This document shows positions 24,909 through 30,895 of a stretch of DNA of 30,895 nucleotides, one piece after another. Under the pieces are notes generated by a model, which made no database searches, was not told the origin of the DNA, and worked only from the letters and a program-made list of their open reading frames with translations. The translations under genes and the position numbers were made by a program. This DNA comes from a bacterium (GTDB lineage Bacteria > BMS3Abin14): NCBI GenBank assembly GCA_029210545.1, contig JARGFV010000021.1:1-30895 (forward strand). Direction: 5' to 3'. Position 1 is the first letter of the stretch, and the number at the start of each line of letters is the position of its first letter.

Positions 24909-25899
24909 CCTCTTCTTCTCTGCCGCCTGGCGTCCCGAAGGCCGTCCCGGACACAGCCGCCCCCGTCAGCATTATCTCCTCATCGTCCCACTGCTTCAGT
25001 TTTTTGGCGGAAGCGACCCTCTTCCGGTACGTCGTAAAAAGGAACAGGAACGTGATGAGACCCCACACGGACGCGGTGCTGAAAATGGCCGGCAGCCAGG
25101 CTGCCCTGAATTTCGCGTACCGCTCGAACCCCCGCAGTATCTGAGCCAGGGACAGGCCGAAAGCCTCCCTGGCCCCCTCCCCGAGACCGCCGAGTTCCAT
25201 GGAACCGTTCAGCAGCCTCGCGACGGAATCGTCTCCGAACTCCCTGGTAAGGTACCGGATAAAGAGGTAGCTGCGGGCGTAGGCGGCCTCAGCCAGGGCC
25301 GGCTGCCGGGGAAAGGCGCTCTCCAGTTCGGCAAAGGCCGGGGCCGCGCCGCTTACCTGTGCCCACCCCAGGTGAAAAAGGCGGGGGAGCGTCATCTCTC
25401 CGGCCACGTAGGTCGCCAGTCCCTCCTGAAACCAGAGGGGCAGCCTGGTGTGGCCGGCGATCTCGGCATCACCCAGGAGCAGGTGCGCCATCTCGTGCCG
25501 AAGGAGCGACCAGTAGCGGGTTCCACCAGCCTCCATGGCGCCCGGCGTCATGATGAGGACAAGACCGAGGCCGGGATATGTGAGAGCTCCCGCCCACTCA
25601 GGGGCAGGGCGCGAGGCGGGCTGGAGTTCTAAAAACTGTTCCCTGCTGCCGGCGATGACGATGTCGTAGGGACCGATGGCTTCGAGACCGAAAAAGACCG
25701 AGGTTTCATCCAGGAACCGACCCGCCTTGTCGAGGACCTGCCGGGCCAGGATATCCGACGATCCGCTGTAGCGTACAGTCAGCCTCCCTGCTGAAAGGGT
25801 CTGCCACCCGGGGCCTGTGCTATCCAGTGTGGATCCTGAAGCAGGGAAGAAGAGAAAAAGGAGGGGAACCGCAGCCAGTAGCTTTTGGACACCGGTCAC
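24883..25899 (-). CDS. Putative zinc metallopeptidase (HExxH...E gluzincin-like), secreted with a C-terminal TM.
   Basis: HEMAH is followed by EGLA 20 aa later. The signal peptide is LLAAVPLLFLFFPASG. The C-terminal TM is WLPAIFSTASVWGLITFLFLF. An ATGA overlaps the yggU stop. Confidence 0.6.
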   Translation of the reverse strand: MTGVQKLLAAVPLLFLFFPASGSTLDSTGPGWQTLSAGRLTVRYSGSSDILARQVLDKAGRFLDETSVFFGLEAIGPYDIVIAGSREQFLELQPASRPAPEWAGALTYPGLGLVLIMTPGAMEAGGTRYWSLLRHEMAHLLLGDAEIAGHTRLPLWFQEGLATYVAGEMTLPRLFHLGWAQVSGAAPAFAELESAFPRQPALAEAAYARSYLFIRYLTREFGDDSVARLLNGSMELGGLGEGAREAFGLSLAQILRGFERYAKFRAAWLPAIFSTASVWGLITFLFLFTTYRKRVASAKKLKQWDDEEIMLTGAAVSGTAFGTPGGREEEDENKRTLH

Positions 25900-26165
25900 C
25901 GGAAACGATCCTTCAGTTCGTCAAGGGTGACGCCTTCAAATTCGAGGAGCTTGGACCGGCCCCGCTCTCCGGACACGATATGGACCCTGCTCCGGGCAAC
26001 CCCTGCCCCCTTGGCCAGGAGTTTTATCAGTGAACTGTTCGCCGCGCCCTCCACCGGAGGAGCCGTAAGGCGAACGATCAGCACACCGTCTTTCCAGCCT
26101 TCAACGGCATCCTTCGAAGCCCTTGGCTTGACCTGGATCCTGACTCTTGCCGATGCGGACACCAC
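25896..26165 (-). CDS. yggU: DUF167 / YggU-family protein (UPF0235).
   Basis: VKPRASKDAVEGWKDGVLIVRLTAPPVEGAANSSLIKLLAKGAGVARSRVHIVSGERGRSK matches the YggU consensus. It has a GTG start. Confidence 0.8.
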   Translation of the reverse strand: MVSASARVRIQVKPRASKDAVEGWKDGVLIVRLTAPPVEGAANSSLIKLLAKGAGVARSRVHIVSGERGRSKLLEFEGVTLDELKDRFR

Positions 26166-26177
26166 GACCCCGGACCT

Positions 26178-26621
26178 TCAGGGCGCCTCGAACCGGACAC
26201 GCAATGTCGGGAAGGAGTGAACGGCGTTTTCGGATGGGACGAGAGAGAACTCGTGAACCCCCGTGTTCAGGGTGGAAGAGACCTCGCTCTCGAGAAGCTG
26301 TATGTCCTCTTCAAAGGTAAACGGCACAGGTTCACCGTCTACCGCAGCGGTGATATCCAGGGCGGTGATCCCTTCCCCGCCATCATCCGGGCTGAACCGG
26401 GCGATAATGGACCACTGCCGGGATGGCTCTCCGGACATGGTCGTGATCGACCGATAACCCATGCTCCTGACAAACCACTCCCCGAAACCGGATTCATCGA
26501 CCGGCGGCATGATACCGGGTCCGCGAACCTTTACGCAGGAGGAAGGGGCCACCATGAGCAGCAGGAGGGTAAAAACGGCGAACAGGCGCGGCAGGCCGGA
26601 GGTCATGGGAAGGAGGCTCAA
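26178..26621 (-). CDS. Hypothetical lipoprotein / secreted protein, 147 aa.
   Basis: The N-terminal signal peptide is LPRLFAVFTLLLLMVAPSSC, with a Cys after the hydrophobic core. The TTG start has AAGGAG upstream; an ATG is 5 codons in. Confidence 0.5.
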   Translation of the reverse strand: MSLLPMTSGLPRLFAVFTLLLLMVAPSSCVKVRGPGIMPPVDESGFGEWFVRSMGYRSITTMSGEPSRQWSIIARFSPDDGGEGITALDITAAVDGEPVPFTFEEDIQLLESEVSSTLNTGVHEFSLVPSENAVHSFPTLRVRFEAP

Positions 26622-26629
26622 AAGGACCT

Positions 26630-27139
26630 CTACTCCTTTTCCCTGCTCAAGAGGTACTTGACGTTTTCGTCTCTCCCGACTTCAGCCTCGAGAGCTTCCG
26701 TGGTGATCTGCAGCATCTGGAGATGGCTCTTGGCGGCGGCCTTGACTGCTGTTTCGAACTGGGCGCGGATGCGGCGAACCTCGACGATCTGGTCCTTGAT
26801 GACCGCCAGTTTGCGATGAGCGTCATCGACCGTCTTTTCCGCCTTGAGTTCGGCCTCCTTGAGGATGATCTCGGCCTCTTTCCTCGCCGAGTTTTTCATG
26901 TCCTCGGTGATCTTCTGGGCCGTCATCATGGTCTCTTTAAGAGTCTGCTCCCGCTGTTTGAGTTCCTCGTACTGGTTGGTCAGACGTGCCAGTGTCTCTT
27001 TAAGTTTCCCGTTCTCACGGATGAGTTCCTCGAACTCGGATGCTGCCAACTCCAGGAAGTTTTCCACCTCCCGGGCGTCGAGCCCTCTCAACTTGGTCCT
27101 GAACTGCTGACTCTGGATATCCAGGGGTGAAAGGCGCAT
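26630..27139 (-). CDS. divIVA: DivIVA-domain protein.
   Basis: The N-terminus MRLSPLDIQSQQFRTKLRGLDAREVENFLE matches the DivIVA N-terminal lipid-binding domain. The rest is coiled coil. The SD AAGGAG lies 7 nt upstream. Confidence 0.8.
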   Translation of the reverse strand: MRLSPLDIQSQQFRTKLRGLDAREVENFLELAASEFEELIRENGKLKETLARLTNQYEELKQREQTLKETMMTAQKITEDMKNSARKEAEIILKEAELKAEKTVDDAHRKLAVIKDQIVEVRRIRAQFETAVKAAAKSHLQMLQITTEALEAEVGRDENVKYLLSREKE

Positions 27140-27163
27140 GACCGTTCTCCTTTCAGCCTCCCC

Positions 27164-27463
27164 TCAGCGTAACGACATGGCTATCCCGTAAAGGGACTGG
27201 ACGAGGAACGTCTGCAGGAAGATGATAGCCAGGATCGCGATGATGGGAGAAAGATCGAACATACCGGCTCTCGTGGGCAGGAACCTGCGAATGTAGCCCA
27301 TGACCGGTTCGGTAACACGGATCAGGAACTGGTAGATCGGATTGTACGGATCCGGCGAGATCCAGGATGCGAGGGCCCTGATGATGATGAGCCACATGTA
27401 GAGGTTGAGCACGATGGACAGGATTTTGGCGATGGCAGTGATGAGGTTGCTGATGACGAACAC
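27164..27463 (-). CDS. yggT: YggT-family (Ycf19) small membrane protein, 99 aa.
   Basis: The YGGT domain reads FVISNLITAIAKILSIVLNLYMWLIIIRALASWISPDPYNPIYQFLIRVTEPVMGYIRRFLP. The GTG start at 27463 has a GGGAGG SD 7 nt upstream. The track ORF, extended to 27658, has no SD. Confidence 0.8.
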   Translation of the reverse strand: MFVISNLITAIAKILSIVLNLYMWLIIIRALASWISPDPYNPIYQFLIRVTEPVMGYIRRFLPTRAGMFDLSPIIAILAIIFLQTFLVQSLYGIAMSLR

Positions 27464-27551
27464 TGTTGAACCTCCCGTATTAACTTCGGAAATTGCCCCG
27501 GTAGCTCCCATAACTATATAAAGGCCGGAGAAATAGTGCAAGGAGTGTAAC

Positions 27552-27709
27552 AACCCGAAATCCGCGATTGATTTGGGCCGGCCTCCGGTCGGGGTGTCTG
27601 AGGGGTCTGTTTTTGACACGCCGGTCCTGGTACCTGGACTTTTCGGCATCGACGCCACCCGCCGACCCCGAAGTCCCGACCAAACGGGCCTTCCTCGCGG
27701 ATTTCGGGT
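27552..27709. repeat. Inverted repeat pair AACCCGAAATCCGCG ... CGCGGATTTCGGGT (14-bp arms, ~130-nt spacer). It belongs to the same family as 13870-13929.
   Basis: Read directly. It lies in a 590-bp ORF-poor region upstream of yggT. Confidence 0.6.
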
Positions 27710-27902
27710 ATGGTTCCCCCCTGCCTGCGGCAGGCAGGCTCAGGAACACGCAACCCGCTGTTTTCAGAACCGTCCACCAGATCGGGAAGCCCGATGCCAT
27801 GAGCAAACTCTCCTGAAAGAGCCAGACCAGCATGGGCTGTGATTGGGTCCTGGGTCATTTCAAGCTTGAAACGTAACTTACCATACCAGCAAGGTTTTTT
27901 AT

Positions 27903-27943
27903 CCCCAGAATCGCGAAAAACAGATTCAATCGCGATTCTGGGG
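27903..27943. other. Perfect 14-bp-stem hairpin CCCCAGAATCGCGA-13nt-TCGCGATTCTGGGG.
   Basis: Read directly. No T-run follows on either strand. The position is intergenic. Confidence 0.45.
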
Positions 27944-28007
27944 AAGGAAAAGGGGACATCTCTACTTTGCGTTGACAGAGGGTGCAAGGAACCATTCCAT
28001 TTAAAAA

Positions 28008-28040
28008 AACCGGCCAGAAAACCCCTGCCTTTCAGGCCGT
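28008..28040 (-). terminator. Weak candidate intrinsic terminator for the TSUP gene. The minus strand reads CGGCCUG...CUGGCCG followed by GUUUUUUU.
   Basis: The stem is short and imperfect, but a U7 run follows on the transcribed strand, 20-50 nt after the TSUP stop. Confidence 0.3.
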
Positions 28041-28056
28041 GGAGTGGGTCACTTTC

Positions 28057-28761
28057 CTAAAGCCACATCGCCATCAGCTCAACGATAATGATCCTCAGGG
28101 CGATAACTGCCAGCAATCCCTTGTAAATGATCCTGAAAACACGTTCGCTGATCCTGTTCAATAACGCCTTGCCAAGAAGGATCCCGGCGATGACCATGAC
28201 GCCGAGCCATACCAGGACCTGGCTGTAATCCAGGGCGTTGGCCCCGATGACCATCCCGAAGAGAGGGATCTTCACCAGGTGTCCAACAGCCTGGCAGGCT
28301 GCCTTGGTGCCCACCAGTTCCTCCTTGGCAATATCGCCGCGGAGGAAAAAACGGGCGATCAGGGGGCCGACGGAACCGAAAAAGATCCCCAGGAGACCGG
28401 CGAAGAACCCGACGGGAACAAAGGTCCTGTATCCCCCCATCTTTCCCTTTCCGTCCATCGGAAGGAACACCACCACCAGGATGAAAATACCCATGGAAAG
28501 CCTGATCACCTCGGGATCGATCATCCTGAACACGATGATGCCGATGAGCGCCCCCGGAAGCATCCCCAGGACGAAAAAGGCCACCACCCTCCACTTTACG
28601 TGGCGGTAAAACACGGCGATACGCGTACCGTTGCTCATGAAAGCTACTGCCGCGTGCAGGGAGATGATGAATTCGGCCTGAATGACCGAAGCGATGACAG
28701 CCAGGATGACAGACCCTCCTTGACCGTCAGGAAAAGTCGGGTTATAAGAAACCGTGACCAT
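28057..28761 (-). CDS. TSUP-family (TauE/SafE sulfite exporter-like) membrane transporter.
   Basis: It has about eight hydrophobic helices, and the C-terminal half carries GLLGIFFGSVGPLIARFF. The ATG lies at the centre of a 26-bp palindrome and has a weak SD, so the start is uncertain. Confidence 0.75.
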   Translation of the reverse strand: MVTVSYNPTFPDGQGGSVILAVIASVIQAEFIISLHAAVAFMSNGTRIAVFYRHVKWRVVAFFVLGMLPGALIGIIVFRMIDPEVIRLSMGIFILVVVFLPMDGKGKMGGYRTFVPVGFFAGLLGIFFGSVGPLIARFFLRGDIAKEELVGTKAACQAVGHLVKIPLFGMVIGANALDYSQVLVWLGVMVIAGILLGKALLNRISERVFRIIYKGLLAVIALRIIIVELMAMWL

Positions 28762-28774
28762 GTGGTCACGGTTT
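28749..28774. promoter_or_regulatory. 26-bp palindrome AAACCGTGACCA-tg-TGGTCACGGTTT, spanning the TSUP start codon within a 38-bp divergent spacer.
   Basis: Read directly. The 12-bp arms are perfect. On the plus strand it is followed by TTAATTT. Confidence 0.5.
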
Positions 28775-28799
28775 TAATTTCCAAGGGGAGGAAAGGCAC

Positions 28800-29690
28800 A
28801 TGAGTGACGCTGTGAAAGTATGGGCCGCCCAGGTCAGGGCCCCATTCCTGCTGCTGGCCGTCATGCTCGTTCTGGTCGGGGGGTCGCTGGCCCACGACGC
28901 CGGCCTGTTCGACGCCCTCCGGTTCACCCTCTGCCTGGTGGGCACTGTCCTGATCCACGCGTCGGTGAACCTGTTCAATGAACTCTCCGATTTCCGAACG
29001 GGGATCGATTCTGACACCCGAAGGACCCCCTTTTCCGGAGGCAGCGGGAACCTGCAGGCGAAACTGACATCTCCAGGCGCGGTGCGCCTGGCCGCCTGGA
29101 GCACCCTCGCAGTTTCGGGCCTCATCGGGCTCTACCTTTCCCTCCAGGCGGGCTGGCTCCTGGTGGCCCTGATCCTGGTGGGCGGGCTGGTCACGGTATT
29201 TTACACGAGCCACCTGGCGAAGATCGCCATGGGCGAGCTGTTCGCTGGGGTATGCCTGGGGAGCATGGTGGTGGTGGGCACCTATCTCGCCATGACGGGG
29301 AACGTCACCTCCACAGTCGTTCTGGTTTCGATACCGCCGGGCATCCTCACCTCCCTGCTCCTTTTCCTCAACGAGTTTCCCGACCTGGAGGCGGACCGCG
29401 CAGGCGGCCGCAGGCATCTCCTGATCCTCCTGGGCAGGAAGGTCTCCGCGCTCGTGTACACCGCCTGTCTCATTGTCTGCTACGTGTTCATCCTGGCCGG
29501 TGTGCTTACGAACCGTTTCCCGGCGCTGATCCTCATTACGCTCCTGACCGTCCCCCTGGCGGTGAAGGCGGCCGCAACCACCCTGAAGCATCACGACAGC
29601 TTCGAGAAGATGATCCCGGCCCAGGGGGCCAACGTTGGCGTGGTCCTGGCAACGGACCTGCTCATCGCCCTGGCCTACTTCTTTCACTAG
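28800..29690 (+). CDS. UbiA-family prenyltransferase, MenA-like (1,4-dihydroxy-2-naphthoate polyprenyltransferase-like).
   Basis: The two Asp-rich motifs NELSDFRTGID and NEFPDLEADRAGGRRHL match MenA NDxxDxxxGxD and DxxxD. It has about nine TM helices. The SD GGGGAGGAAAGG precedes the ATG. Confidence 0.75.
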   Translation: MSDAVKVWAAQVRAPFLLLAVMLVLVGGSLAHDAGLFDALRFTLCLVGTVLIHASVNLFNELSDFRTGIDSDTRRTPFSGGSGNLQAKLTSPGAVRLAAWSTLAVSGLIGLYLSLQAGWLLVALILVGGLVTVFYTSHLAKIAMGELFAGVCLGSMVVVGTYLAMTGNVTSTVVLVSIPPGILTSLLLFLNEFPDLEADRAGGRRHLLILLGRKVSALVYTACLIVCYVFILAGVLTNRFPALILITLLTVPLAVKAAATTLKHHDSFEKMIPAQGANVGVVLATDLLIALAYFFH

Positions 29691-29692
29691 TC

Positions 29693-29716
29693 ACGCCGCA
29701 GGCGTGATCGGGGTTT
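29693..29716 (+). terminator. Hairpin TCACGCC-gcag-GGCGTGA followed by tcgggGTTTTcc. It is a possible terminator for the MenA-like gene.
   Basis: It has a 7-bp stem and an interrupted T-run. It shares the TCACGCC/GGCGTGA core with palindromes at 2699 and 9975. Confidence 0.35.
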
Positions 29717-29887
29717 TCCGACACGCTGCCAAGGCCAGGTACCAAGCCCCGGTCTCTTCTCCGTATCCTCAGATTTTCTCCGTGGTGAATGCTCTTCAGG
29801 CTTTGACGGCATAAGCCAGAGCTTTCCCCCTTTTCCCCTTTCCCCTTGTCCTTTTATACTTCCTCCCAACCTGCCCCGGGAGGAAAT

Positions 29888-30262
29888 ATGAGCCGTCCAT
29901 CAGGATTTACCGTCCGTTTGCCCGTGCTGGCCTGCATCCTGGCCGCATGGGCTTTCCTTTGTCCGCCTGGCACGGCCTGGTCCTACACCAGCCCGGTGAC
30001 CGAGGACATCAGCTCCTTCATAAACTCCGGGGACATGGGTGGCGCCCGCAAAAGGGCCCGATCGTACCTGGATCAGGACCCACGGAACTATGAAAAGGCA
30101 AAGGAGCTGGACTGTGAACCCTGGGCCCGGATCCTGGTGGCCCGCGTCGCCGCGGCACGCTTCCACGACAGATACGAACCGCAGCTTGACTACGCCGACC
30201 TGCTCACCGGCCAGCGCAATCCAAGTATGCCACCTTGTGCTGGAACGCGGTCACGGCTCTGA
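29888..30262 (+). CDS. Hypothetical small secreted protein, 124 aa.
   Basis: MSRPSGFTVRLPVLACILAAWAFLCPPGTAWS is a signal peptide. A GGAGG SD lies 6 nt before ATG 29888. The track ORF starts at 29846. Confidence 0.45.
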   Translation: MSRPSGFTVRLPVLACILAAWAFLCPPGTAWSYTSPVTEDISSFINSGDMGGARKRARSYLDQDPRNYEKAKELDCEPWARILVARVAAARFHDRYEPQLDYADLLTGQRNPSMPPCAGTRSRL

Positions 30263-30441
30263 ACGAAGGGAAAATGCCACACTTTATGAAACAGGGAGGG
30301 GAGAGGAAGAACAGGGCGCAGGGCGGAGAAGCATAATATAAAAGCTTTAACGCCCAAGGCCACCGAGGTGATCTAAATCAGGGGGAAGGGCTTTCTTTCT
30401 ACTTTCTTCTCGGGAGAGAACCTCCCTGGTATCTCCTGGGT

Positions 30442-30774
30442 TCACTTCGCCAGCTGGGCCTGAATAAACCCCTCCAGGATGTGCCTGTCCTCCTCGGGCA
30501 TTTCGTTGAACTGTACCCCCATCCCCGGCTTCCGGCCCCTGCCTGGCGGACTGTTCCAGACCACTTTCCCCTTGACCCGTATCAGGTTTTCCTGGCCGGG
30601 CAGTTGAAAGGCCAGTGCCAGTACCGTACCGAGAGCAAGGGGCTCGGATGTCTGGATGAACATCCCACCCTTGCTTATATTGGGCATGAAACTGCAGACA
30701 AGCTCCATGGGGGATTTGAAGGTGACCTCGATCCACACATCCACCCGGGGGTGTTTCCGGTTTTCCACTTTCAT
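30442..30774 (-). CDS. PilZ-domain protein (c-di-GMP-binding).
   Basis: The RxxxR motif is RKHPRVDV. The D/NxSxxG motif is NISKGGMFIQT. The length is the typical ~110 aa. Confidence 0.75.
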   Translation of the reverse strand: MKVENRKHPRVDVWIEVTFKSPMELVCSFMPNISKGGMFIQTSEPLALGTVLALAFQLPGQENLIRVKGKVVWNSPPGRGRKPGMGVQFNEMPEEDRHILEGFIQAQLAK

Positions 30775-30838
30775 GGGCGATTCCCTTTGAAACGATAATG
30801 ATAATCTCTCAAAAAGTCTGATCCGGGACTTTTCGCTC

Positions 30839-30868
30839 CACGGAAAGGGAAAAGCGTCGTTTTCCCTT
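30839..30868. other. Hairpin GGAAAGGGAAAA-gcgtcg-TTTTCCCTTTCC upstream of the PilZ gene.
   Basis: Read directly as a 12-bp stem. Its function is unknown. Confidence 0.4.
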
Positions 30869-30895
30869 TCCTTACAGAGATTACTGATAGATCGC

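Noticed and set aside
26160-26181. Apparent 1-nt disagreement between my hand-indexed coordinates and the ORF-track ends around yggU and the lipoprotein gene.
   Set aside because: It is most likely my own indexing slip. I used track coordinates for CDS ends. Coordinates of hairpins and repeats should be read as approximate, within 2 nt.
27480-28060. Several 70-160-aa ORFs on both strands in the 590-bp region upstream of yggT.
   Set aside because: They overlap mutually. They are Arg/Pro/Gly-rich, have no SDs and cut across the inverted-repeat elements. The region is treated as non-coding and structured.

Overview
This is a high-GC (~63-65%) bacterial chromosomal window with Desulfobacterota/deltaproteobacterial-like codon usage. 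Feature-element coordinates (hairpins, repeats) were hand-indexed and may be off by 1-2 nt; CDS ends follow the ORF track.

The left 2.7 kb is accessory. It holds nested IS debris: an IS21-family istA 5' portion that runs off the window edge, and an IS110-family C-terminal remnant. Next comes a class-II Fic AMPylase gene behind a cluster of GGGTCA palindromes. After that is a REPtron-like remnant, a RayT/IS200-like fragment flanked by ~30-bp inverted repeats, sitting next to a start-less gene fragment.

The rest is mostly housekeeping. It carries gnd-zwf for the oxidative pentose phosphate pathway, and a plus-strand glmU-glmS-ClC channel-uvrD/pcrA-redoxin run ending in a clean terminator. A minus-strand run contains a Kelch lipoprotein, a PEGA protein, a Zn-metallopeptidase, yggU, a lipoprotein, divIVA and yggT. 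After it come a TSUP exporter, a MenA-like prenyltransferase, a small secreted protein and a PilZ protein.

The most system-like unit is a six-gene minus-strand operon at 7591-13720: two unknown proteins, a YdjI-like SPFH protein with C-terminal zinc ribbons, a YdjG-like double-zinc-ribbon protein, NfeD and a stomatin-like SPFH protein. I read it as a PspA-less variant of the Bacillus pspA-ydjGHI membrane-stress module fused to a second SPFH/NfeD pair. That reading is inference from gene order and motifs only.

Other signals worth a second look:
- A recurring 13-14 bp inverted-repeat family (ACCCGAAATCCGC) at two intergenic loci.
- A recurring TCACGCC-N3-4-GGCGTGA palindrome at three loci.
- A ~525-bp AT-rich (~38% GC) mosaic segment inside the Kelch gene.
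- A G9 homopolymer plus a polypurine low-complexity insert inside nfeD.
- A (CTGATTA)7 heptamer tandem repeat over the stop of an unknown gene.
- A 26-bp palindrome centred on the TSUP start codon, in a 38-bp divergent spacer.

No rRNA, tRNA or CRISPR array was seen.
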